20,000 nt of DNA from the NCBI GenBank assembly GCA_040285855.1, contig JAUFOQ010000001.1:3957044-3977043 (forward strand). The letters are read 5' to 3'. Within the stretch, counting starts at the first letter, position 1, and the number at the start of each line of letters is the position of its first letter. The notes below the pieces were generated by a model. The model did not search any database. It was not told the origin of the DNA and was given only the letters and a program-made list of their open reading frames with translations. The stretch is from Eukaryota sp. GEM-RC1 (lineage: Eukaryota). Made by a program: the position numbers and the translations under genes. Positions 1 to 10,845 of this stretch are shown piece by piece.

Positions 1-340
1 ACAACAAGTAATTCGAGTGTGAAGCCGAATTCAATAATTTCAATTTAGCACAATATTTTTGTATTTTAAATTTTTCACCAATCAACAAGGGGTTTTTAGC
101 ATTAGATTTAGCAAGTTTCTTGTTGAAATCATTACAAACATCGATAGACATAACATCAGCAATAATAAAAGATCCATCGAGATCAGGAAATATGACATCA
201 CCACGGCTATTTCCAAACGATTTGTCAACATCTGTATCATCAAACAAACCAGCCAGAACTTGTTCTAAAAAGGAAACTATTCCATAAGATTTACACATAC
301 AATATAATTGAACCCTTACTGAATCATGAACCTTACTTCT

Positions 341-1983
341 TGTTTTTGACATTTTCACTATTTATTCTAAATGTAATAGACAACAACACTACAGTGTACA
401 TACATCTAATAATCAATGTCCTCAAAGTCCAGATTGCCTAACTGGAAATTTTCACCTACCTTATCTTCATAATGTCTGCCAAGAGACAATAAAGCGCTAG
501 ATACAGAAGTCACCATACCTTTAAAGATAGCAAACACGATTCGATTTTTCCCAAATCTAAGATCAAAAGTCCTAGATGTTTTTTCTTTTACAATCTTCAC
601 AAATATTTCAATAAAAAATGCCTTTTATTTACTCTTACAAATACAAACTATCATCAATATTAACAAATGAGATACAAATACCACTACATCATCTCAAATT
701 CATGTCTCAATAGAAAGAGACGGTTCAAAAATGAATCAAAATACCTAAACAATGCTTTGAAAGGGAAAACGACAACCTTCCTCTCCAGTAACTTTCATTA
801 AAAGTCTTTCCATACTGCTTACACAATATGCCAAAATCTGTGAGAAATTGTTGACCGAAGCAACCAAGCGTACCATAAAGAGAAATAGCAAAAGGATGGA
901 AAACAAAAGGATTGTGTCGGCGAGAATTCATCTTGGAAATTAATTCATCATAACGGTCTAATTTTTTCCTTTCAGCAGTTTCAAGAGCTGAATAGTTTTC
1001 GTCTAAAATTTTGTTAACGGAAGTTGAGTTACAAGGATCAACCGCAGTAAAGTCCATAATTATTTCTTGAGAGGACAACCAAGGACCAATCAAATCACCT
1101 CTGCTCTTATCCCTCATATTGAGTCAGACAAAGTATTTAAAACTGGTTCGATTTTCCCATGAAAACCATTGCTCTTAAACAGTTCTAAACATTGATCACG
1201 TAAACTGTTGTGAATAATTGATCTTAAATGAATAAACTTATGACAGTTGACCACATGATGGAAAGAGGCTAAAGAAGAACCACATACACAAGTAGACTTT
1301 TGCAGGAGACCAACAGGCCATAAACCCAACCTCAAACGAATGTTGATAAGCCATTCATGATCTTTTAAGTTGAAACTATATCTTTGAGGATATCGAGTAA
1401 TCAAAGTAGAAGCCTCATCACTAGAAATGTCTTTCAAAAAGCACAAAAAGCGGGACTCTCGATTTTAGCCAAGCTAATACGATTGTTAAAGTCCAAGCTT
1501 TCATGATAGTTGATAAATTGCTTCTGCAATTTACGGACACATAGTGGTAAGGAGAACAAACTTCTTTGAGGGATCTCAGTGATATTTCAAGTAATGATGT
1601 TGCAGATTCACCTAAAGAACCGTACAGTGAAAATACAAAAGAATACAACAAGTAATTCGAGTGTGAAGCCGAATTCAATAATTTCAATTTAGCACAATAT
1701 TTTTGTATTTTAAATTTTTCACCAATCAACAAGGGGTTTTTAGCACTAGATTTAGCAAGTTTCTTGTTGAAATCATTACAAACATCGATAGACATAACAT
1801 CAGCAATAATAAAAGATCCATCGAGATCAGGAAATATGACATCACCACGGCTATTTCCAAACGATTTGTCAACATCTGTATCATCAAACAAACCAGCCAG
1901 AACTGGTTCTAAAAGGAAATTATTCCATAAGATTTACACATACAATATAATTGATCCCTTACTGAATCATGAACCTTACTTCT
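341..1983 (-). mobile_element. Family A RLE retrotransposon 3' fragment (array unit 1), split by element B into 1582-1983 and 341-611
   Basis: The unit begins RSKVHDSVRDQLYCMCKSYG and runs to GSLGESATSLLEI. It resumes after B as FVKIVKEKTSRTFDLRFGKNRIVFAIFKG...FEDIDY* (ORF 406-600). AATAAA is at 361-366 (-) and the A-tail at about 340-347. Confidence 0.85.
612..1581 (-). mobile_element. Family B RLE non-LTR retrotransposon, 5'-truncated (~970 bp), nested in A; copy 1
   Basis: Encodes CVCGSSLASFHHVVNC (knuckle), RSIIHNSLRD, KIEP, SRGDLIG...IIMDFTAVDP, AERKKLDRY and FHPFAISLYGTLG. The stop is at about 684-686 and AATAAA at 624-629 (-). It is flanked by the direct repeat ATATTTCAA at 603-611 and 1582-1590. 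Confidence 0.88.
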
Positions 1984-3625
1984 TTTTTTTGACATTTTCA
2001 CTATTTATTCTAAATGTAATAGACAACAACACTACAGTGTACATACATCTAATAATCAATATCCTCAAAGTCCAGATTGACTAACTGGAAATTTTCACCT
2101 ACTTTATCTTCATAATGTCTGCCAAGAGATAATAAAGCGCTAGATACAGAAGTCACCATACCTTTAAAGATAGCAAACACGATTGCGATTTTTCCAAATC
2201 TAAGATCAAAAGTCCTAGATGTTTTTTGTTTTTACAATCTTCACAAATATTTCAATAAAAAATGCCTTTTATTTACTCTTACAAATACAAACTATCATCA
2301 ATATTAACAAATGAGATACAAATACCACTACATCATCTCAAATTCATGTCTCAATAGAAAGAGACGGTTCAAAAATGAATCAAAATACCTAAACAATGCT
2401 TTGAAAGGGAAAACGACAACCTTCCTCTCCAGTAACTTTCATTAAAAGTCTTTCCATACTGCTTACACAATATGCCAAAATCTGTGAGAAATTGTTGACC
2501 GAAGCAACCAAGCGTACCATAAAGAGAAATAGCAAAAGGATGGAAAACAAAGGATTGTGTCGGCGAGAATTCATCTTGGAAATTAATTCATCATAACGGT
2601 CTAATTTTTTCCTTTCAGCAGTTTCAAGAGCTGAATAGTTTTCGTCTAAAATTTTGTTAACGGAAGTTGAGTTACAAGGATCAACCGCAGTAAAGTCCAT
2701 AATTATTTCTTGAGAGGACAACCAAGGACCAATCAAATCACCTCTGCTCTTATCCCTCATATTGAGTCAGACAAAGTATTTAAAACTGGTTCGATTTTCC
2801 CATGAAAACCATTGCTCTTAAACAGTTCTAAACATTGATCACGTAAACTGTTGTGAATAATTGATCTTAAATGAATAAACTTATGACAGTTGACCACATG
2901 ATGGAAAGAGGCTAAAGAAGAACCACATACACAAGTAGACTTTTGCAGGAGACCAACAGGCCATAAACCCAACCTCAAACGAATGTTGATAAGCCATTCA
3001 TGATCTTTTAAGTTGAAACTATATCTTTGAGGATATCGAGTAATCAAAGTAGAAGCCTCATCACTAGAAATGTCTTTCAAAAAGCACAAAAGCGGGACTC
3101 TCGATTTTAGCCAAGCTAATACGATTGTTAAAGTCCAAGCTTTCATGATAGTTGATAAATTGCTTCTGCAATTTACGGACACATAGTGGTAAGGAGAACA
3201 AACTTCTTTGAGGGATCTCAGTGATATTTCAAGTAATGATGTTGCAGATTCACCTAAAGAACCGTACAGTGAAAATACAAAAGAATACAACAAGTAATTC
3301 GAGTGTGAAGCCGAATTCAATAATTTCAATTTAGCACAATATTTTTGTATTTTAAATTTTTCACCAATCAACAAGGGGTTTTTAGCACTAGATTTAGCAA
3401 GTTTCTTGTTGAAATCATTACAAACATCGATAGACATAACATCAGCAATAATAAAAGATCCATCGAGATCAGGAAATATGACATCACCACGGCTATTTCC
3501 AAACGATTTGTCAACATCTGTATCATCAAACAAACCAGCCAGAACTGGTTCTAAAAGGAAATTATTCCATAAGATTTACACATACAATATAATTGATCCC
3601 TTACTGAATCATGAACCTTACTTCT
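1984..3625 (-). mobile_element. Family A RLE retrotransposon 3' fragment (array unit 2), split by element B
   Basis: Near-identical to unit 1, with an A-tail seen as T8 at 1983-1990. ORF 2757-3533 is a chance A/B fusion frame. Confidence 0.85.
2256..3223 (-). mobile_element. Family B RLE retrotransposon nested in A; copy 2
   Basis: Same sequence as copy 1 apart from homopolymer indels. TSD ATATTTCAA at 2247-2255 and 3224-3232. Confidence 0.88.
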
Positions 3626-5752
3626 TTTTTTGACATTTTCACTATTTATTCTAAATGTAATAGACAACAACACTACAGTGTACATACATCTAATAATCAA
3701 TATCCTCAAAGTCCAGATTGACTAACTGGAAATTTTCACCTACTTTATCTTCATAGTGTCTGCCAAGAGATAATAAAGCGCTAGATACAGAAGTCACCAT
3801 ACCTTTAAAGATAGCAAACACGATTGCGATTTTTCCAAATCTAAGATCAAAAGTCCTAGATGTTTTTGTTTTACAATCTTCACAAATATTTCAATAAAAA
3901 TGCCTTTTATTTACTCTCACAAATACAAACTATCATCAATATTAACAAATGAGATACAAATACCACTACATCATCTCAAATTCATGTCTCAATGCAAAGA
4001 GACGGTTCAAAATTGAATCAAAATACCTAAACAATGCTTTGAAAAGGGAAAACGACAACCTTCATCTCCAGTATCTTTCATTAAAATTCTTTCCATACTG
4101 CTTACACAATTTGCCAAAATCTGTGAGAAATTGTTGACCGAAGCAACCAAGCGTACCATAAAGAGAAATAGCAAAAGGATCGAAAACAAAAGGATTGTGT
4201 CGGCGAGAATTCATCTTGGAAATTAATTCACCATAACGGTCTAATTTTTTCCTTTCAGCAGTTTCAAGAGCTGAATAGTTTTCGTCTAAAATTTTGTTAA
4301 CGGAAGTTGAGTTAAAAGGATCAACCGTAGTAAAGTCCATAATTATTTCTTGAGAGGACAACCAAGGACCAATCAAATCACCTCTGCTCTTATCCCTCAT
4401 ATTGAGTCAGACAAAGTATTTAAAACTGGTTCGATTTTCCCATGAAAACCATTGCTCTTAAACCATTCTAAACATTGATCACGTAAACTGTTGTGAATAA
4501 TTGATCTTAAATGAATAAACTTATGACAGTTGACCACATGATGGAAAGAGGCTAAAGAAGAACCACACACACAAGTAGACTTTTGCAGGAGACCAACAGG
4601 CCATAAACCCAACCTCAAACGAATGTTGATAAGCCATTCATGATCTTTTAAGTTGAAACTATATCTTTGAGGATATCGAGTAATCAAAGTAGAAGCCTCA
4701 TCACTAGAAATGTCTTTCAAAAGAACAAAAACGGGACTCTCGATTTTAGCCAAGCTAATACGATTGTTAAAGTCCAAGCTTTCATGATAGTTGATAAATT
4801 GCTTCTGCAATTTACGGACACATAGTGGTAAGGAGAACAAACTTCTTTGAGGGATCTCAGTGATATTTCAAGTAATGATGTTGCAGATTCACCTAAAGAA
4901 CCGTACAGTGAAAATACAAAAGGGTATAACAAGTAATTCGAGTGTGAAGCCGAATTCAATAATTTCAATTTAGCACAATATTTTTGTATTTTAAATTTTC
5001 ACCTATCAACAAGGGGTTTTTAGCATTAGATTTAGCAAGTTTCTTGTTGAAATCATTACAAACATCGATAGACATAACATCAGCAATAATGAAAGATCCA
5101 TCGAGACCAGGAAATATGACATCACCACGGCTATTTCCAAACGTTTTGTCAATATCTGTATCATCAAACAAACCAGCCAGAACTGGTTCTAAAAGGAAAC
5201 TATTCCATAAGATTTACACATACAATATAATTGATCCCTTACTGAATCAAAAGAAATAAAACGGTTACAATTCAATAAATGTGTAGGTGTTACAGATTGC
5301 CCACATTGGCATTTCAAATTATGTGGAAGGTTATCAGGCCAAATATATGACCGTAAACGCATGTTTAATGACCAAGAGTTATCATCAAGAAGAAGACCGT
5401 AAACTTGAGGGATTTGAGTAATCAGACATGAAGCAGAGCTATTAGAAACATCTTTTAAGAATTTTGCAAAAGCGGGATTCTTTTCCTTGGCCATGCCAAG
5501 TCGAACATTATAATCCAAGCTTTCAAAAATATTTGTTAGTTTCTGTTGTAATTTTTTCAGACAAAACTGAAGATTAGTCAAACATCTTCCAGGAATTTCA
5601 GACACAGAATCTGGGAAACACTGAGACCAAACATCAAAAGGTAATTTGATCAACGCTTCGTTTAAGTCAAATAAATATTTACATGAATTGGTGTTAGTAA
5701 GTGAAATATCATTAGGAAATCGATATACAAATTCAAAATGAAATTTTTACCC
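3626..5752 (-). mobile_element. Longest (telomere-proximal) copy of non-LTR retrotransposon family A, RLE clade (CRE/R2-like): 3' part only (post-RT region, CCHC knuckle, RLE domain, 3' UTR, A-tail); frameshifted and interrupted by element B
   Basis: The minus-strand peptide has CQCGQSVTPTHLLNC (zinc knuckle), then SRGDVIF...IIADVMSID, K..KY and PFVFSLYGSLG, the motif order typical of RLE C-termini. After B it resumes with the VKIVK...IVFAIFKG segment. An AATAAA and a short A-tail (T-run 3625-3631 on +) follow. No RT domain is present. Confidence 0.85.
3895..4862 (-). mobile_element. Family B RLE retrotransposon nested in A; copy 3 (more diverged)
   Basis: ORFs 4397-4840 and 4062-4400. TSD ATATTTCAA at 3886-3894 and 4863-4871. 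Several substitutions relative to copies 1 and 2. Confidence 0.88.
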
Positions 5753-5756
5753 GGGG

Positions 5757-6209
5757 TGTAAAGAAAAGAAGCGTAAGTTTAGTGGCTGAATGGAAAAACC
5801 GTATAGTGTTTTCCATAAATCGGAATATGCCTTTCTATTTCTCTCGTTTAATTGAGAAATTGTACAAGTTTGGTGTGAAGGTTAATGTTGAAAAACGTAA
5901 TCTTTTACCGGGTGGTGATGAAGTCGTTTGGATTTAATCTTAGTATTATTTGTTTGTTTTTACAATTTCATAGTTTTGTAGGACGATTACCTTATTGGGT
6001 ACCGAATAAAGTTTTGTTTATATTATTATGTTATATTTAAAACAATTCCTATTATGATATCAAAAGCACTATTAGCTCTCAGTATTTTCTACGAATAAAA
6101 AGCTGATGTGAGTTTTAATGGCACTGATTGTTGCTTTAATGAAATTGAGTTCTAGTATTTGTGTTTATCTTAGTGTTTTTGTTCCATAATTTTGATAAAA
6201 AAAACAAAA
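5757..6209 (+). mobile_element. Extreme 3' fragment of a third RLE retrotransposon family (C): last ~60 codons plus probable 3' UTR and A-rich tail
   Basis: Manual translation gives CKEKKRKF (frameshift) VAEWKNRIVFSINRNMPFYFSRLIEKLYKFG...VVWI* with the stop at 5935-5937. This aligns with A (VKEKTSRTFDLRFGKNRIVFAI) and B (CKQYGKTFNESYWRGRLSFSL). AATAAA at 6005-6010 and 6094-6099 and an A-rich run at about 6197-6209. The right boundary is uncertain. Confidence 0.65.
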
Positions 6210-6211
6210 GT

Positions 6212-6317
6212 CGTGATGCACCAATTACTGTTAGATAATTCCTTTATGTAGTATGAAGCTTCATGGTATGCCTTATGAAATGATTGACTTACAGCTACAC
6301 TGAAAGATTCAACACGT
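6212..6317 (+). repeat. Dispersed ~105-bp direct repeat, copy 1
   Basis: CGTGATGCACCAA...CCTTTATGTAGTATGAAGCTTCA...CTTATGAAATG...GAAAGATTCAACA is shared with 10688-10800. Confidence 0.9.
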
Positions 6318-7535
6318 AGTATTAAAGTTCAGAATTGCAGCTCTGAATGAAGGAGGTTTTCAGAAAGAAAACACTTCAAACGGGAAATGACATCTTGTTT
6401 CACCGAATTTTTTCAAAAACGTCAGACGCTAAACCCCAAAGTTGAAGTGGAGAGACCAAATGAATGAAGAAGAAGTGAAAAGATCAGAATGACGTTTAAC
6501 GATTCTGTTAGATTCATGGAAGCTTCGGTGAATTGTGAACATACTGGTTATGTACACTCGTATTGTCAAGTATGTTATTGATTGGAAGAGATTCAAACGA
6601 TGTCTGTACACCATACTCATCTTCACCATACTCCGACATCGTAGTATGGGGAAGATGATAGGACTAAAGATCTGACAGGAATAACGAACAATCTATATGA
6701 ATCAGACGCTATATCTGACATTTAGCTCTTGTCTGCTGATGACTTGGTCACGTAAGACAAGAAAAAATCATGAGAGAAGTGACAATGGCGGTGTTTTGAA
6801 GAGTGATTAGAGTAGACCAGACAGGAGTGTGATATTTGTTCTTCAAAAGTATTTCTTGAACTGGCTATTTAGAACAGAAGGCAAGTAGATGTCGAGAAAT
6901 TTGAGAGTGAACTAGAACATGGGATATGAAAAACTGAATTAAAAGAATGTTTAACATGAAGTGGTAGTTCGAGTCAGCTGGCAGATGATTGAATTCTAGT
7001 TCTTTTCAATGACCATATCAAAACAAGAGACCGGATCGTCAACGCATGTACCCTCTACTGTAAAAAGTTCCCCCAAATACAAGATCCAGGAAATCTTCTT
7101 CTATTGGACACTCTACATCTGATCCACCCCAAAAACGTCCAAGCCTTTCTAAGATAAGCAGAGAATCAACAGTGTATCGTTGTCCTGACGTGCTCTATCG
7201 CGTAATCCGCCCATTAACACTGTACAAACTGGAATCTTGCGACACAGTCTCGTATCATCAGATACTGGGATGGTTAGAACCTTCTGACAAGGACGACTTT
7301 CAGAAGGTGTTTTCTCCTGATGGAACTTTCAATATTAAAAAGACAAACTCTATTACAAAACAACTTTGTCTGATTCATTGGTTGAAAAATATCCTTCTGA
7401 TGGAAGAGTTCAATCTCTACAAGACTCTTCTCCTGGAATGACTAGGAGTTCTGTTCAGTCTGTATCACAGACTGGTCAAACTTCTGATTCCGAAGTCAAG
7501 GACACTTTTTTGAACATAAACGAGAACCACTTGCA

Positions 7536-8094
7536 GTGAGAAAACGGAAGTTCGATTATGAGTTTACCAGCAAACAGTTAGATTTACCTGGAGTGATGGA
7601 TACATTGTCTTATATATGGTGCGGACTAATTACTCAGCTTTCTATGAGTAACCTATGTCATTACGACAAGAAAAATCATATTGGTGACGAAGGTGTTATT
7701 GCATTGGCTGAAGTTTTGAAGGTAAATGAATCTGTTCGTGACGTTTTTCTCAACTTCAACTCTATTAGTTCCAAAGGTGCAATTGCATTGGCTGAAGTTT
7801 TGAAGATTAATGATAACATTGTGAAGCTTGATATAAGTGATAACTCTATTGGCGATGAAGGTGCTGTTGCATTGGCGGAAGCATTGAAAGTAAATTCTAC
7901 TGTCACTGCTATTAATCTTGCTCACAACTCTATTGGCAAAAGGTGTCGTTGCGTTGGAGCAAGCATTGAAATTGAATTCTACTATTATTGAAATTTATCT
8001 AACTTTCAACGATTTTTGTCCGAAATGGTCTTTAACTCAATCAATCTCCAAAGAGCGGATTACGTTCTTTGAAACGTGGAAACTTTCCATATGA
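7536..8094 (+). pseudogene. Ribonuclease-inhibitor/NLRC3-like leucine-rich repeat protein fragment (four 28-aa repeats), frameshifted at ~7940
   Basis: Three repeats of the type NxIGDEGAxALAEALKVNxTVxxIxL lie in ORF 7536-7991. A fourth (GVVALEQALKLNSTIIEIYL) continues in another frame to TGA at 8092-8094. The 5' end is unclear. The frameshift sits in an A-run and could be a sequencing error. Confidence 0.8.
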
Positions 8095-10687
8095 CAATTT
8101 ATATCGATTTACAGTCTTATATTCTCTTCTCCTTTAGTTTTCTGTCAGTCTTATCAGAACCTTGTATAATGTCTCAAACGGCCGTTCAAACATTATAGTT
8201 ATCGATTTTCCATCTTTCTGATCCCTACATTTGATTTTTTTCAATCGGATTTCCATCATGAGTGTGCCCATCTTTTTTAAAGAAAAAAAAGAATCTTTTG
8301 AGTCTCAGAATTGTTCTCAATTTGTCGACCTTCTGAGTACTGCAGTGTCATTAGAAAATACTAGATTTCTGAGGTGAATCAAATATAAGTTCTCTTGTCT
8401 ATATAACCAGCATTTTATCTTTTGATTTCTTATTGTTGTTCTGACATTCAAAAATAAACATATGTTGAAGTCTATGTCTACTCTTTCATGCTGTTATTTG
8501 AGGTCAGAAGAATCAGAATGTCTTCAAATACTGGTGAATCTCTATGGATAAAACACACTTCACATTAACAAACTTAAATATAATTGGGTTGACACTCTAC
8601 ACCAGGATTCTCAATGAAATGGTTAGTAACAGTTCATTGATCCCACCTATATCTAAACAACTCTGAGTTCAGATTGGGTCTGCTATCACCAACGGCTTAA
8701 CAAGACTCTTCATTGTTAGCTGAACCGCCAATGTTATTCTAATTTGGTATACTTTCTACGTCCATTGTTTGAATCATAGTTGTACTTCACATCAATTTTG
8801 TTCTGTTTTGTGATTTGTGTTAACAATGATCACAACAATCACAAATGATATGAAATGTGTACTCTTCATAACTCATATCAAAAATTGTCAGATTTCTTTC
8901 TTCTTGCTTCAATAGAGGTAGGTTAAAATAAACTCAAATGACATCATCTATATGAGTATCAGACATATTTTAGCGCAGTTTAAAAAATCAAAAATTCAAT
9001 TCTTGGGGAGCAGAATGAGAATCTATCACTCAAACATGACAACAAGTAGCTAGCGGAATGAAGGAAGACGAAAATTTTGTATTTTGTGGGTCCTATTATT
9101 TCTTCATAGTGAATCCTCTATTAGAATATGATGTACTCGGGTCTGTAAACAACCTAAACAATTGACTTATCATGTTTATTTGCATTTATTTGACTAACAT
9201 CTGACAAATATACAAAATAGCAACCAAGTTTAGTGTGAACAAATGTGATCACCGATCACAGATCACAGTGTGATTTGTGAAGTACAACTATGGTTTGAAG
9301 TGATTGTGACTGTTCGAATATTCGTCACAATTGGTTACACCGAACTGATTCACAGAATCTGTTTTTTTTATGTGTTTTGCTAAATCTAAATCACAGATTG
9401 CACAGGTGTATTGTTTTACAAAGGCATTGTAATGATCCACAGTGACAGTAGATTTGTTTTGCAGAACTTGGTCAGTCAAATGACGTTGTGATGACTCAGT
9501 TCATCCATTGTTTTAAATCCGATTTCCATGAGATACATTTAGAATATTTAATGTATTTTCTATTTGTAATGTATTGCGTATGATTGATTCCATCAGATTA
9601 ATATAGTTATTGAAATCATCCACTGTATTTTGGTTTTGAAAGTGGTTGCATTGAAGCAGAAACTGTCAGCAGGCCAGAGCAAAAATGGAATACGTTCTGT
9701 CGTTTTTGAAATATTCGAACAATTAAGTACAAAAGAAGAAAATCAATTTGCAACATTAGATTAACACACAGTATTCACAAAATGAAAGAAGTTGAATTCT
9801 TTACCTCAACATGAGAACTGTCTCTAAGCAACTTTGAATGAATGTCACTTAGATACTTAGGTGTGCTTCTGTAATCACAATTCGATTAATCCATAAAAGC
9901 CATTAACAGTCATTCCATTAGAACCCAAACTAGTAAACATCCATTAATGTCAACAAGAGTCATTGTAGATAACTATCAGTGGTGAACCCTACTTTCCTTT
10001 TGAATAGCTCTACGAGAGACATCAACAGAATGAAGACAAAGACCCATATCAATACTTGAATTTGTTTGGTTTCCAAGTTTTGGATGAACTGAATCTAGAT
10101 TAAACAACTCAAACTGTGCGAAGAAAAACTTACTGCCTTAAGTATTGAAATGCAAGCAATGCTTCCAGTGCAGATAGATACAAATTTGATGAAAGAATGA
10201 CAATTCTTACAACTATCCACATGTATTCACTAATATTTCCACTATCAGCTAACAAAGACTCGTTTGTTTTAAGCCTTTTCAGAATGGGTGATATTAGATA
10301 ATTTGACACAATCAAAAGTATACTGTTTTAATCGTTTGTGAAATTGAACGAAATTTAAGAGTCATCAAAACACTGCTCTTTAAGATACAAACTGTGTCTC
10401 AGACTAATACAGAACCGCTTCAGAATTAAAACCTTTATTGTTTCAATTGTATAATTGATCCAAAAGTCATCTTCTGTACACTAGGACAACGCACGATCGC
10501 ACCAAACTAAATTGACGGAACACCGCTGTAAGACAGTTGTGAAAACATTTGATTCCAGAAGCATCAATCCATTCAAAGAAACAGTTGGGGAACCCTGTTG
10601 CTACAAGATTTTCACCAAGATTGTTCTAGAGAATAAGTGTTGCGTCAACTGATAGGAAACAACAAACATTCTTAAGTCAATATTAGA

Positions 10688-10800
10688 CGTGATGCACCAA
10701 ATACTATTGTAAAATGCATTTACCCTTTATGTAGTATGAAGCTTCAGAGTATGTCTTATGAAATGGTTCGCTCATGTCTACAGAGAAAGATTCAACATGT
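10688..10800 (+). repeat. Dispersed ~105-bp direct repeat, copy 2
   Basis: Diverged homolog of 6212-6317, including an identical 23-bp core CCTTTATGTAGTATGAAGCTTCA. Confidence 0.9.
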
Positions 10801-10845
10801 GAACAAGTGTAGTCTCACATGAGTTCTTTTTCAAAAAGTGTACGA

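Larger units (their letters stand above)
1..5248 (-). repeat. Head-to-tail tandem array of ~1.64 kb units (341-1983, 1984-3625, 3626-5248, plus partial unit 1-340), each a 5'-truncated RLE retrotransposon A carrying nested element B; continues beyond the left window edge
   Basis: The marker ACAACAAGTAATTCGAGTGTGAAGCC recurs at 1, 1645, 3287 and (one mismatch) 4926, giving periods of 1644, 1642 and 1639 bp. The same peptides recur in the ORF track. Confidence 0.97.

Noticed and set aside
2757..3533. 258-aa ORF as a real two-domain protein
   Set aside because: It is a chance read-through from A into B via an out-of-frame linker. The frame is broken at homopolymers in the other two units.
59..5259. 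Plus-strand ORFs in the array (59-268, 1703-1912, 1764-2084, 3345-3554, 3406-3633, 3949-4137, 4984-5259)
   Set aside because: They are antisense shadows of the minus-strand RLE coding sequence, with no motifs, and recur only because the DNA is repeated.
6626..6649. Hairpin CCATACT-N10-AGTATGG
   Set aside because: A single 7-bp stem without context is expected by chance in 14 kb.
7000..7441. Possible DDE transposase remnant (LLLLDTLHLIHP ... VIRPLT) and ORF 7172-7441
   Set aside because: The resemblance to pogo-like motifs is vague, spans stops and frameshifts, and has no TIRs. It cannot be supported without a profile search.
7653..7925. Minus-strand ORFs 7653-7925 and 7676-7906
   Set aside because: They are antisense shadows of the LRR repeats.
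8100..10500. Short ORFs 9288-9479 and 10130-10315 and possible decayed genes
   Set aside because: No recognisable motifs, non-ATG starts, and lengths expected by chance.
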